A DNA stretch of 64,000 bases from Malacoraja senta (lineage: Eukaryota). The notes below the pieces were generated by a model that made no database searches, was not told the origin of the DNA, and saw only the letters and a program-made list of their open reading frames with translations. Position 1 is the stretch's first letter. Each line of letters opens with the position of its first letter. The translations under genes were made by a program, and so were the position numbers. Shown here piece after piece: positions 37,271 to 51,124 of the stretch. The stretch lies in contig CM076001.1 of NCBI GenBank assembly GCA_038087875.1, positions 1,674,001 to 1,738,000 on the forward strand, written 5' to 3'.

Positions 37271-37879
37271 ATATTGATGGTCCCATTCAATTCATAGCGG
37301 AAGAAATCGAACCCGCAACAACTGTTGTCGTATGTACTGCTATTTATTTGCAAGAAACATTAACAGAATGTCAAGGTGGACGCAAAATGCTGGAGTAACT
37401 CAGCGGGACAGGCAGCATCTCAGGAGAGAAGGAATGGGTGACGTTCTTACCTTCCATTCTCCATTCTCTAGAGATGCTGCCTGTCCCGCTGAGTTACTCC
37501 AGCATTTCGTGTCTACCCTCGATTTAAACCAGCGTCTGCAGTTCTTTCCCGCACATTAAAATTATATGTCTACTCCCTAAACAAATGTAGCTAATTAGGA
37601 GAAGAAAATGCTCTACCTGAGAAATCGAATAAATCCTAAGTACAAAGTTGACATTTTATCGAGAAGCGAATCCTTTGTATCGCCAATGTCGAGTCGTTCT
37701 GATAAAAGAGACTGCCTTGTGACGTGCAGTTGGGTAATTTCTTCTCCATGCCGCCGGTGGAGAATCCCAGCGGCGAAAATGTATTTGTTTTGAATAAAGG
37801 GAATAGCGAACGGTGAAAACTGGAGTCCTTGGACTGACGACTAGCCACAAGAAAGTTGGAGTGTAAGGTTTTGTCAACA

Positions 37880-38510
37880 TTTTCTGAACAGGGACTTCCA
37901 CCACTTTCGTCTACCGCAGAGACCTTCCATCCGCATCTCCCTGGTTAAGTCAGCCTTTCCCGACCAAATCACCCAGGTACCTTCCCCTGCAACCGCAGCA
38001 GGCACAACATCTGTCCCCGTACCTCCACGATCGACTGTGTCCAGGGCCCCAACAGTCCTTTCCGGTTAGGCAGAGGTTCACTTGCACTTCCCCCAACCTC
38101 GTCCACTGTGCCCGTTTTTCAAGGTGTGAACTCTTATACATTGGCGAGACCAAACGTAGACTTGGCGACCGTTTCGCTGAACACCTTCGCTCAATCCGCC
38201 TGTACCTAACTGATCTCCCGGTTGCCAAACATTTTAATTCCCCTTGTCATAACCACACTAGCCTTTCTGTCCTGGGTCTCCACCGGTGTCAGAGTGAAGC
38301 TAAACGCAAATCGTTACTTTTTTGAATATCTTTCATTCATGTGTTCAATATCTCACGATATCTATCGTTTCCCTTTCCCTTGGCTCAGTCTGAAGAAGGG
38401 TCTCAACCCGAAACCTCACCTATTCCTTCTCTCCAGAGCCGCTGAGTTACTCTTGCTTTTTGTGTCTATCTTCGGTTTAAACCACGATCTGTAGTTCCTT
38501 CCTAAACATA
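37880..38510 (+). mobile_element. Penelope-like element 3' part: GIY-YIG endonuclease relic and tail, approx.
   Basis: The frame from 38041 reads ...LLYIGETKRRLGDRFAEHLRSIR...PVAKHFN (YIGET at 38137). The tail carries CTGAAGA...GAAA. Confidence 0.85.
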
Positions 38511-38521
38511 GAGAAACACCC

Positions 38522-39340
38522 GACTAAGTGGTACCCGTTGGGTCCCAGCTCCACACCAGGTCCCCAACGCAATATTCCACCTCTCCAACAAATCCAGTAT
38601 TGCTGGCCAGTGGGGGGGGGCTTTCTGGGGCGCTAGCATAGGTGTTGTGGGCCGAAGGGACTGGTTTCCAGAGGGATACTATGGACATTGTGGGCCGAAT
38701 GGATTCTTGGGCTGTCAGCTCAGTCACTGAGGCATGGCAGCTCAGTCACTCAGGCCTGGCAGGCTCGCAGCTCAGTAACTCGGGCCTGGCGGGCAGGCAG
38801 CTCGGACTCTGCAAGAAATTCTGCCCAAAACAGGTGACAGTCTCTGTGAGAGAGAAGAGAGTGGAGAATCAATTTTAGACATTTTCATCTTTTTTTACAG
38901 ATCACAGCAATGAAGGAGGAAAGTCTATCCTTGCGTGGGTCTCTGGAGCGCTAGTATTGGTGTTTTGGCCTGGTTTCCAGAGGGCTAGTATGAACATTGT
39001 GGACTGAATGGATTCTTGGACTGGCAGTTCATTGAGTTATGGCAGGTGGGCTGGCAGTTCACTAAGTCATGGCTGGTGGGCTGGCAGTCCAGTCACTCAC
39101 GGCTGATGTGGTGGCAATTCACTCAGTCACCCTTACTCATTTCACCCCCCCTCCCACTCTGCTCCTTCTCATCCCACTCCACCCACGCATTCAGTCCATC
39201 TCCCCTCAACCTCCCCCCCTACGCACTAGTAGCGGCTCTCCGACAGCGCAGCCATTCCTGCCTATTAGGTTCCCATTGTAATGAAGAACACGCAGGCATG
39301 GCAAGTGGAAAAATGGATTATAAAAGTTTAAAATGTGAAT
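38522..39340 (-). mobile_element. Second Helitron-like relic with internal 28-29-bp repeats, approx.
   Basis: Reverse of the same terminal hairpin (gtggtacccgttgggtcccag at about 38528-38548). The terminal CTAG is degraded. Confidence 0.5.
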
Positions 39341-39347
39341 GACCCTT

Positions 39348-41925
39348 AGAAACATAGAAACATAGAAAATAGGTGCAGGAGTAGGCCATTCGGCCCATCG
39401 AGCCTGCACCGCCATTCAAATATGATCATGGCTGATCATCCCTCAGTATCCTGGACCTGCTTTCTCTCCATATCCCCTGATCCCTTTAGCCACAAGGGCC
39501 ACATCTAACTCCCTCTTAAATATAGCCAATGAACTGGCCTCAACTACATTCTGTGGCAGAGAATTCCAGAGATTCACTACTCACTGTGTAAAAAATGTTT
39601 TTCTCATCTCAGTCCTAAAAGATTTCCCCTTTATCCTTAAACTGTGACCCCTTGTTCTGGACTTCCCCAACATCGGGAACAATATTCCTGCATCTAGCCT
39701 GTCCAACCCCTTAAGAATTTTGTAAATTTCTATAAGATCCCCCCTCAATCTTCTAAATTCTAGCGAGTACAAACCGAGTCTATCCAGTCTTTCTTCATAT
39801 GAAAGTCCTGACATCCCAGGAATCAGTCTGGTGAACCTTCTCTGTACTCCCTCTATGGCAAGAATGTCCTTCCTCAGATTAGGAGACCAAAACTGTACGA
39901 AATACTCCAGGTGTGGTCTCACCAAGACCCTGTACAACTGCAGTACATCCTCCCTGCTCCTATACTCATATCCTTTTGCTATGAATGCTAACATACCATT
40001 CGCTTTCTTTACTGCCTGCTGCACCTGCATGCCTACTTTCAATGACTGGTGTACCATGACACCCATGTCTCGTTGCATTTCCCCTTTTCCTAATCGGCCA
40101 CCATTCAGGTAATAGTCTACTTTCCTGTTTTTGCCCACTCACCCAGCCTATCCAAGTCATCCTGCAGCCTCCTAGCACCCTCCTAACAGCTAACACTGCC
40201 CCCCTGCCCCCCCCCCCCCCAAGCTTCGAGTCATCCGCAAACTTGGAGATGTTGCACTCAATTCCCTCGTCCAAATCATGAATATATATTGTAAATAGCT
40301 GGGGTCCCAGCACTGAGCCTTGCGGTACCCCACTATTCACTGCCTGCCATTCTGAAAAGGACTCGTTTACTCCTACTCTTTGCTTCCTGTCTGCCAGCCA
40401 GTTCTCTATCCACATCAATACTGAACCCCCAATACCGTGTGCTTTAAGTTTGTATATTAATCTCTTATGTGGGACCTTGTCGAAAGCCTTCTGAAAGTCC
40501 AGATATAACACATCCACTGGTTCTCCCTTATCCACTCTACTAGTTACATCCTCGAAAAATTCTATAAGATTCGTCAGACATGATTTACCTTTCATAAATC
40601 CATGCTGACTTTGTCCAATGATTTCACCATTTTCCAAATGTGATGCTATCCCATCTTTAATAACTGGCTCTAGCATTATTCCCACTACCGATGTTAGACT
40701 AACTGGTCTGTAATTCCCCGTTTTCTCTCTCCCTCCCTTTTTAAAAAGTGGGGTTACATTAGCTACCCTCCAATCATCAGGAACTACTCCAGAATATAAA
40801 GAGTTTTGAAAAATTATCACTAATGCATCCACTATTTCTGGGGCTACTTCTTACGTACTCTGGGATGCAGCCTATCTGGCCCTGGGGATTTATCGGCCTT
40901 TAATCCATTCAATTTACCTAACACCACTTCCCGGCTAACCTGGATTTCTCTCAGTTCCTCCATCTCATTTGACCCCCGGTCTTCTGCTATTTCCAGCAGA
41001 TTAATTAAGTCTTCCTTAGTGAAGACAGAACCAAAGTAGAAATTCAATTGGTCTGCCATGTCCTTGTTCCCCATGATCAATTCACCTGTTTCTGACTGCA
41101 AGGGACCTACATTTGTTTTAACTAATCTTTTTCTCTTCACATATCTATAAAACTTTTGCAGTCAGTTTTTATGTTCCCTGCCAGTTTTCTTTCATAATCT
41201 ATTTTCCCTTTCCTAATTAAACCCTTTGTCCTCCTCTGCTGGACTCTGAATTTCTCCCAGTCCTCTGGTAGGCTGCTTTTTCTGGCAAATTTGTATGCTT
41301 CATCTTTTGTTTTGATACTATCCCTGATTTCCCTTGTTATCCACGGATGCACTACCTTCCCTGATTATTTTTTTTGCCAAACTGGGATGAACAATTGTTG
41401 TAGTTCATCCATGCAGCCTTTAAATGCCTTCGATTGCATATCCACCGTCAACCCTTTATGAATCAATTGCCAGTCTATCTTGGCCAATTCACGTCTCATA
41501 CCCTCAACGTTACCTTTCTTTAAGTTCAGAACTACTAGCTTTCTCTATTTGAGTCCCTCCCCCAACCGTTCTAGTTTAAAGTCTCCCCAGTAGCCTTTGC
41601 AAATCTCCCCGCCAGGATATTGGTCCCCCTCGGGTTCAATTGCAACCCATCCTTTTTGTACAGGTCACACGTTCCCCAAAAGAGGTTCCAATGATCCAGA
41701 AACTTGAATCCCTGCCCACTGCACCAGTCCTTCAGCCACGCATTTATCCTCCACCTCGCTCCATTCCCACTCTCACTGTCGCGTGGCACAGGCAGTAATC
41801 CTGAGATTGTTACCTTTGCGGTCCTTTTCCTTAACTCTCTTCCTAACTCCCGAAATTCTCCTTTCAGGACCTCTTCCCTTATTCTACCTATGTCATTGGT
41901 ACCTATATGTACCACGACCTCGGGC
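39348..41925 (-). mobile_element. CR1 with ORF1 SGNH-esterase region and internally deleted ORF2, approx.
   Basis: 41571-41915: VHIGTNDIG...VTISGLLP...INAWL...DG. 39966-40832: RT ([24 protein letters not shown]). Confidence 0.92.
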
Positions 41926-42235
41926 TCTTAAAATGTAACAACAATTTAAATGTAAAACATGAGATTTATTAACTTCAGTTCTTTCTTGTTGTGTCTCTTG
42001 TTGTGTTCTGTATATGGAGAGATTCAGCGGTCAAATTTTAACAAAAAATCTGAGAAATTACCTTCTTCTTCTTCTTGTGTATGGCGTGCACAGCCTAAAG
42101 TTGTCGGACAACTTGTTCTATTTGATCTTATTTGATTGTGCACGGCGGGTTGATTGCATTTGTCGAAACACGGTGGACCACGTGAAGGTTGCAATCTCCC
42201 ACCCCAGAAATTACCTCAAAAATCATCATTCAGTG

Positions 42236-42582
42236 CATTCCAGCAAATTCAATCTCACAACACCTGTAGCAGAGTGCAGGTCAGCAAATCCAATCTCACA
42301 GCACTTCAAGCGGAGTGCAGGCCAGCAAATCCAATCTCACAGCACTTCAAGCGGAGTGCAGGCCAGCAAATCCAATCTCACAGCACTTCAAGCGGAGTGC
42401 AGGCAAGCAAATCCAAACTCACAGCACTTTAAGCGGAGTGAAGGCCAGCAAATCCTCTCTCACTCACAGCACTTGAAGCGGAGTGCAGGCCAGCAAATCC
42501 AATTTTGCATCACTTCAAGCCGGAGTGCAGGCCAGCAAATCCAACCTCGCAGCACTTCAAGCGGAGTGCAGGCCAGCAAATC
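42236..42582 (+). repeat. 41-bp minisatellite, about 8.5 copies
   Basis: Unit GCAGGCCAGCAAATCCAATCTCACAGCACTTCAAGCGGAGT, repeated head to tail. Confidence 0.92.
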
Positions 42583-43689
42583 AAGAATTGAAGCTGTACT
42601 TGTTTTAATAATCATGATGTACTGCAAAATGTTATGTAAAATGTTACAAAGGAGCATGCAAACACTGCAAATGAAATACTGTAAGCTTTTGCAGTAAATA
42701 TAACCTTTATTTAGAAAATGTTTAGTATGTTGATATGATTGCCTGTTACTGTTCGACTGTGTTAGTGTGTGCACATTAAAAAATATGATGCAAAATGAAA
42801 GTCGCAAACTGTGGAATAAATACTGTTTCAGCATTGTTATCAAGGAAAAGAAAGCAGTTCCAATTGTTTGATATTATTCATATGGAGTAGAACATATAAT
42901 TGCTCTAAAACCTACATTAATTTTGCAATCTCACTAAAGATAATACCCCCTTCCCTCTCCCACTACTCCTTCCTCCTCCCCTTCCCGCCACCTCTCTCCC
43001 TCCCCATCTCTCCCCCTCCCCCTCCCCTCTCTCTCTCTCCCCCTCCCCTCCCTCTCCCCCCCTCTGTCTCAACCCCCCTTTCCCCCACTCACATCCCCCC
43101 TCTCTGTCCCTCCCTCCCCTTCTCTCCCCTCCCACGCAGCGAGGCTCCGACTGCGCGCCACAGACACCGCAGCCCCCCACTTCCGGCCCGGAGAAACGGG
43201 GACTCCCGCAACGCAATATTCCATTACTTACCTGGAGTGGACACCTATGATCTTTGGTGGACACGAGGCATCGAGGTGCTTGTGTGGAGTGCAAATGGAG
43301 ATCTGAACCCACTGCGGACGCGCGGAGAGACAGCGTCATTTTGCGTCGCTACTGCGTCACCGGCTTCCCCCAACTGCGCAGGCGCAGATGGTCGCAATAT
43401 TTTTCCCCTAAACTTCCAGCGGGCTGGAACCAGAATTTCGGGTAATTTCCGTCAAAGTGGAAACGCTGATAGCGCTCCAATTGTTATTTCTCTGGATTTT
43501 TTTTTTACTCTGGTGACAATACACTTTGGCCGAAGGCCCCCTAGATTTTGAGGCCCGAGGCTACCTTCAGCCTATGAAGTCTAGAGAGGTAAATCCGGCC
43601 CTGTCGATACCCCCTAGATCTCGAAGGCCTAAGCTTAAGCTTGTGAAGCTTATACGTAAATCCGGCCCTGATTCTGCCATTCAGTGAAT

Positions 43690-44785
43690 ATTCGCAATCA
43701 GTAACCGATGCCTGCATTCTCCACATATCCCTCTATTCCGCTAGCTCCTTGTGCTCTATCTAACTGTATTTTAAATTCATCCAGTGAATTTGCCTTCACT
43801 GGCTTCTGTGGCAGTGAATGCCACAAATTCACAACTCTCTGGGTGAAAACGGTTTTTCTCATCTCAGTTTTAAATGGCCTCCCCTTTATTCTTCTACTGT
43901 GGCCCTTGGTTCTGGACTCTCCCTGCATTGGAAACATTTTCCCTGCATCTAGCTTGTCCGGTCCTTGCATAATTTTATGTTTCTATAAGATTCCCTCTCA
44001 TCTTTCTAAATTCCAGTGAATACAACCTGAGTGTTTTCATACTTGCATCATATGCAAGTCCCGCCGTCCCGTGGATAAACCTCGTGAACCTACGCTGCAC
44101 TGCCTCAATAGCAAGGATATCCTTCCCCAAATTAGGAGACCAAAACTGCACACAATACTCCGGATGTGGTCTGTTTAGGCCCTTGTACAACTAACTGCAG
44201 AATGACCTCTTTACTCCTATATTCAAATGTTCTCGTTATGAAGGCCAACATGCCATAAGCTTTCTTAACTGCCTGCTGTACCTGCATGTTTACTTTCAAT
44301 GACTGGTGTACAAGGCCATCGAGGTCTTGTTGCACTTCCCTTTTCCCTAATCTGACACCATTGATATAACAATATGCCTCCCTGTTCTTGCCACAAGGAC
44401 CCCCAGATCCAGTTGTACTTCCCCTTTTCCCAACCTGACAGCATTTAGGTGATAATCCGCCTTCCTGTTTTTGCCGCCAATTTGGATAACCTCACATTTA
44501 TCTATATTATACCGCATCTGCCATGCATCTGCCCATTAATGCAACCTGCACTAGTCACCCTGCAACCTCCTAGCATCCTCTTCGCAGTTCACACTGCCAC
44601 CCAGCTTTGTGTCATCTGCAAATATGCTATTGTTACTTTTAATTCAATCATCTAAATCATTAATACATATTGTAAATAGTTGTGACCCCAGCACCGAGCC
44701 TTGCGGCACTCCATTAGCCACTGGTTGCCATTCGGACGGGGACCCGTTTATTCCTACTCTTTGCCTCCTGTCTGCCAATCAATTC
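43690..44785 (-). mobile_element. CR1 3' portion, approx.
   Basis: Minus ORFs 43698-44335 with RT C-terminal motifs. Confidence 0.88.
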
Positions 44786-45829
44786 TCTATCAATGTCCAC
44801 CGGATTGGGTATCGATGGCAGCCTCGCCTACAGTCTGCCTGTCCTTTTCATCTTTTTGTTTTGTTAATACGTACAAAAGTTTGTATTAATGTTCCCTGGT
44901 TTGTTTTATGTGGGAAATCCCCAGGTCTGGGCAGATCGCCCGGCGCGTGGCAGCTGAGATTCCCCCCCCCCCCCACCACCTCCCCCCCCCCCCCCCCCCC
45001 GATGCAGGAGCTTCATCGCCCCGATGAGGAAGGCCCGCCGCCGGCTACGAGGTAAGATCAACGGAAGGTTAGGGGCCCCCGACCGCTGCAGGACAATAAG
45101 GGAGAGATTGAACTTTTTTTCGATCTCCATCACAGTGAGGAATGTAAACGGTTCATGTTAATGTTAAAATGTATTTAGTATGTTCTGAAACAATTCACGT
45201 ATTAAATGTCAATTCACTTATGAAATGAGCGACAACACTTGAATACTCCATCTCTATCATCTCCTGCAACCCTCGAGTTGTATGGCATGTTTCTTCAATT
45301 TACGGGTCCATGTTTGTTGTAAATATTGTAACATGATCAATTGAGAATAGAGACAGTGGCGCCTTAGTTAAAGCCATCGACATTTGCCTATTGGTCCAAT
45401 GCAAGACGAAAAACAGCGACATTCTGGTAGAATCGTGGTTGTTTTTTTCCTATACAACAATGATTTCATGAAACATGCATTAACAACTGGCAGATGCATG
45501 CTCGAAGAGTTACTGCAATAATCGAAACGACAATGCACGTGCTATAAATCTAAACTAAAAAAAACGAAGTGCTCGAAACATCCTCGTGCTCACGTTGGAT
45601 CCAATAAAAGAGACCTAGAAATAATGGGCACAGGTTGCTTACCGTCATCGGCAGTGAGTATAAGAATAGGAAATCTTGTTGCGGCTTTTTTAGAACTTTG
45701 GTTTGTCCGCGTATGGAGTATTGTTTGGAATTCTCGTAGCCCTCTCACAGAAAAGTTGTGGAGTTTTTTGTACAGTGTGCAGAAGAGGATTACCAGAATG
45801 CTTTCTCGTTTACAATAGAAGGGCGCTGT

Positions 45830-46395
45830 ACAAGAAGGAACATACCCGGCTGCACGTTTTGAGAAGGACCCAGTCCTTCAACGTCTGCAGTAAGATGCTG
45901 CAGATGTTGGGCCAATCGATCGTAGCCAGTCCCAACTTCTTCGCAGCCGCGTGCTGGGGCAGCAGGGCGGCGGCCGCGGACGGAAATAGGAAATAAAAAA
46001 CTCACCAATAAAAAACTTGGGGCGGAGTTGGGACATGGGAGGTGGTCTTGGAGGGGAGGATGCTCCTCGAACTGCGGTGCATCCTGGACAAATCAGCTCA
46101 CCCCCTCCATGACATAATGGTCAACCTGAGGAGTATCTTCAGCAAATGACGGGTTCCAGCAAGGTGCAGGACAGCACGTCACAGGAAATCCTTCTTCCCT
46201 ATGGCTATCAAACTGTACAACTTACCGCCCTACCCTTCTGTCGTGGGGTAGACTGTCGCCGACCGCCCCCCCCCCCCCCAATCTTTCCACACCCCCCAAT
46301 CCTTTCCACTTGCCACTTTAATTTAATGTTTCATGTATTTTGTGTTTTTAAGACTCTTTCAGATCAAGTTCCCTCCTGGGATAAATAAAGTTATA
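45830..46395 (+). mobile_element. LINE 3' end (Rex1/Babar-like), approx.
   Basis: RLHVLRRTQSFNVCSKMLQM...AACWGS frame, ending in ataaataaagtta plus (TATCG)n. Confidence 0.65.
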
Positions 46396-49300
46396 TCGCA
46401 TCGTTACGTATCGTACTGGGCGAAATGAAACAAGAATAGGTTAAACCAATTTAGTTTGTTTTCTCTGGAGCGTTGGAGGTCGACGGCAGACATGATAGGA
46501 TTATATATAATGATTAACGGCATAGATGGAACAGAGGGGCAGAATGTCAACATCTAGATGGCAAAGCGTTCATTAGAAAGGAGCAAAGTTTAAGGCAGAA
46601 GCGCTGAGCAAATTATCTTGACACAGCAAGTGGGAGGTACCTGGCTCGCCATGAAAGGGGTGGTCGTGGTGTCAGATGCTACAGTAGCATTGAAGAGGAC
46701 TTTGGAAATGATCATAAATATGCAGGGAATGCAAGGATGTGGATCACTTGCAGGCAGAGGAGAGAGATTTAACGGCATCATATTCCAGGACTTAGCGACC
46801 CGACGTTCTCTATCATTCACAGCGTTTCCAGCCTCAGTGCGCGACCTGGCCATTCAACCGGTTCCTGGTATGAACTTACGACCCTGGTTGACAACTGCAA
46901 AGTCGCGTATGAGGCAGAGAGTTTTGCAAACATACATTGATTCCAACACGTTTTGCTATTTTTTGATATTTGAATAAACTGTCCGATCACAAATATGCAT
47001 TGCTGTGCGAACCATATATCCAGCGTCTACTGCGGCGCAAAAGTTCAATGTTTCTCACGGGCGCACGATCACACCTAGTTTGTTTTTCATTGATTCAGTA
47101 GATGTGGGCTAGGCGGTTTGTCTTCGACGTTAGGGCAGGGTTAGGCGGGGAGCCAAGACTGGGCTTCATAACAGCTAAAACCTGGCAATAAAAAGGACGC
47201 GATGGCATTAGAAAGCGCTCAGAAGTGTTTCACTGGAATTTCACCTGGGTTGGAAGACTGTAAATATGACTATATTGGTATCGCTGGGATTGTTCCAGCT
47301 GAAACGTAAAATCCAGAGAATTGAACTGATTGACGTTTATAAAACTGTGAAGAACATAGATATGGAAGATAGTGAGAATCTTTTTATCCCAGTGTATGGA
47401 AGTCTACAGCTGGATAGCATGGGTTATAGTGCGAGGAGAGAAATAGACAATAGACAATAGACAACAGACAACAGACAGTAGACAATAGGTGCAGGATTAG
47501 GCCATTCGGCCCTTCGAGCCAGCACCGCCATTCAATGTGATCACGGCTGATCATCTACGAAATTTAAAGAAGATCCAAGGGCCAAGTTTGTCCACACAGA
47601 GGGTTATAAATATATGGAACAGGGCGGAGATGGGGAATCAGGTATAATTAGAAAATTTAAAAAGGCACGTTGACATGTGCTTGGATAGAAAAGAAGCAGA
47701 GGAATACAGAGCAATGCGAAAGCTTGATTTCATTAATTTGACGATCCACGTTACGGCCAATTTGCTGTGCTGAATTCCTCTATAACTATAACTGAAATAT
47801 ACGAACGACAACCTACAACAACTGAAACTGATGCCAAATCTGAAGGATTTCAGAGATCCCGAAATATTTTGGGAAGGAAATCTACGAGCGTGCAGGAATA
47901 GGGTCTAAAGCTAAATTATATACAATCCAACAAAACAGCGTGTTTCGTTATTAAACAGGAGTGCAACAGAAGACATTCCATTTACCTGCATTAACACTGC
48001 TTCCAGAGTACTATCAAAACGCGATGCCATACAAGACATCTGAGCATCACGCCTGCACTCACTCGTTCAATTTAGCACAGTTACAACAGTAGTATCACCG
48101 ACAGGATGTATTGCAGCAACTCAGTGGGACTCCTCGGACAACAAACCCCACTACCACCAATATGAAAGGCAACAAATGCATGTGAACACCGTTACCCCGC
48201 CCTCCAAAGGCAAACCAGACACTGTGGATCTGTTGCTTCACTGCGCCAGATATCCGTATTCAAGCTTGACCTCAGGTGCTGTGTGTTAGACGTTTGCACG
48301 TTCTCCACGATCGCATTGCTTGGGTTTCCTCCAGGTGCTCCGGTTTCCTGCCACGTTCATAAGACGTGCCGGTTTGTAGGTTAGTTGGCCTCTGTGAATT
48401 GCTCTAGCGAATGGATGAAGAAGTGCGATAACAAAGAACGAGTGTGTGAACGGCTGATCGATGGTCAGCGTGGACACGGTGGGCTGAACGGCCACCTCCC
48501 ACACGATGTGTCTAAACCAAACTGAACTATATCGCCGTTCCTTCAAAGTCGCTGGGGCGAATTCCTGGCGTTCCCTCTTCTGTTGCATAGTAGACTCACA
48601 TCTCAAGGTCTCCAGTGGTTCAAAAAGGCAATTCACCTCTTCTGCGGGGCAATTGGGGGCGGCAATTAATTTCTAGCTCAGCCTGTGGACCACACATGCT
48701 TTGAATGAATAACTAAACTGCGGGTCACGTATTGTATAAATCAGTTGCCCAAGCCATTTTATCCCGATCTCCACTTTCATGGAAAAGTGCACACAAACAT
48801 CAAATGTGCATCTATCATTGTGCTTTTTATTTAAATCTATGGCCTTTGCTCATTCGTCGCGCTGCACACGACCTCTCTCAGCGTTATATATCATCCAGTC
48901 TATCAAGCTGTCTATATTTCATCGAATTCTCTTCCCATTTCATCGAATTATATTTCTATCCTCTTCGATATGAAGGGGAAAAGTACCAGAATGTGTGTCG
49001 TCTACACATTTCAAAATTATGATCTGCAATCCAAAATGCAATGTATCGTTCTGTGACTGAAATTCCCATCGCCCTGTAGCTCGACTACAAAACCTCTGCA
49101 AAAAAAAACATGTTGCTATTCTTCGGCCAACGTATTACCAACGAAGGGCCGAGATGGCCTGTTTCCGTGCTGTTATGGTTATATGGTTATATGGTTCTTG
49201 CTGCCCATATAACGCCATGAGTTTATATTGTGTAAGTACTTCCACGTAATCGAAGGGCTTTGAAATTTCATCCAGCCAACAATCTCGTTAGAAACGATTT

Positions 49301-49587
49301 AATGAATTTTCAACTTAAATCAGATGACCCATCCAGTCTATATTGCAAAAACAGTTATGACTTCGATGTGATCCAAAGCAAGCGTCAGCACTTTCAATGC
49401 ATCCTACGCGATCAATTAGAATTGCATGAAAATGACTGCATTCATTTGTTTGTTCTGAACATTCAAAATAACAACAACGATGTCGCAAGCTAATTGGCGC
49501 TCCAGAGGTTAACGCCGGGTATAACTGCAACCGTGGCCGCGCTTAGTTCAGAACCTACACCTGAATAGGCCAACGACGTCACGGAAA

Positions 49588-49657
49588 ATGCACGCGCCTG
49601 GAAACGGCCCGGTCTTTGCTATTTATTATACTATTCTTGCGGTTTTTGGTGTTCCAG
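49588..49657 (+). CDS. GPCR-4 exon 1 (MHAPGNGPVFAIYYTILAVFGVP)
   Basis: ATG at 49588, 70 nt, CCAG|gtaatg donor. Confidence 0.92.
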
Positions 49658-50549
49658 GTAATGTTTACGGCAGAGGAACAGGCGCGCTTACAATGTTTGA
49701 CCATTCCGCATTGCTTGGTAATCGACATTTTTAGTTTTCTTTTTTTCAGACGTCGGAAGTGTTAACCAATGCAGCGCCGCTACTCCCTACTGTTTTTTTC
49801 GTTGTGATATCTTCGTGAAAAGAATAAATGTAATTGGTCTATTTTCTTCCACAGATGCTACTAGTCCGGTTGGGTTCGATTAGTAGTTTAATATTTTTTA
49901 GTCAAAACCAACAGTCTTTCCAGAAACAAGACATGCAAACGAAACGAGGCATCTTTGGGTGTCCCTTGCTGCAAATCCCTCGGTTACAGGAATCATTGAA
50001 ACCAAACTTCTAACTCCCTTTAATCGTTTTTTGCTGACAGGACACGTGTATCAATGCCCATGGCCATGTCGCGCTCTTTCAGTGCCATCGTTCATGGTCG
50101 TCTGACATTCATTGTATCCTTACGGCTCTTCGTGTTTTCTTACTGTCTTATTGTCTTTTATCATCTATTTCTTATAATACTATGCGCTGTTACTCACTTG
50201 CGTAATATTGTGTTACTTCAATATGAGAAGTTTATTGAGCGCTTTCGTCTGCTATAATCGCTCTGCACGCAAACAAATGTGAAATTTGATCTGTCGTCGC
50301 GTACTTTATAAAGCCGCACCTCTCAGCACCAGAGACACCAATCCTAACCTCGAGTGCCATCTGTGTGGTGTTTGAACGGTCTCCCTGAGTACGTGTTGAG
50401 TTGTTCTGGATGCGCCCGTTTCATCCCACACCCAGGCAGGTCCGTTAATGTACCATTGTAAATTGCCCCTTTTGCGTAGAGGAGTGTAAAATCTGCGAAG
50501 TATTGATAACACCATTACCGCTGGATTAGTGTAGTTGGGTCGTCCACTA

Positions 50550-50870
50550 GTTTTTAGTTTTAGTTTTAGAGACAGCACGGAAAGATACCCTTCGGCCTAC
50601 CGAGTCCGCGCCGACCAGCGATCCCCGTACACGAGCATTATCGTACACACGCGGGACACACTAGGGACAATTTACTTTTTTTTTTACTGAAACCAATTAA
50701 CCTACAAACCTGTACATTTGGGAATGTGAGAGGAAACCGGAGCACACTGAGAACCCCCACGCGGTCACGGGGCGAATGGACAAATTCCGTACACACAGCA
50801 CGCTAGTCAGGATTGAACCCCGGTCTCTGGCGCAGCAAGGCAGCAACTTTACCGCTGCACCACCTGGACG
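50550..50870 (-). mobile_element. tRNA-derived SINE in the GPCR-4 intron, approx.
   Basis: (TTTTAG)n tail followed by the reverse SINE body. Confidence 0.75.
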
Positions 50871-51124
50871 TTGGTGAGTGAGGACTCGTTGGACCAAAGA
50901 TTCCGTTTCCACGATCCATATATCTCTAATTTAAAATGTGATTGCGACGTGTTTGGGAGAAACGTGCTTCTGTGCGAAAAAGTATCCATCGGTAAAACGA
51001 TCGGTCTTAATTGCTGAACAAATTGTCAAAAACACGTATCTTATTCCCGCATCGTATTTACCATAAGTAACTTAATCAGTAGCCCGATTCATAATCACTC
51101 CCATCTCTAACTCTTCTCCAACAG

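Noticed and set aside
42014-42697. 227-aa repetitive ORF and CRISPR-like appearance of the 41-bp array
   Set aside because: Units are contiguous with no unique spacers, the context is eukaryotic, and the ORF merely reads through a SINE-like piece and the minisatellite.
45624-45660. ATG...GCA|gtgagt as a possible leader exon
   Set aside because: Phase 0, not hydrophobic, no V exon downstream, and followed by degenerate CR1.
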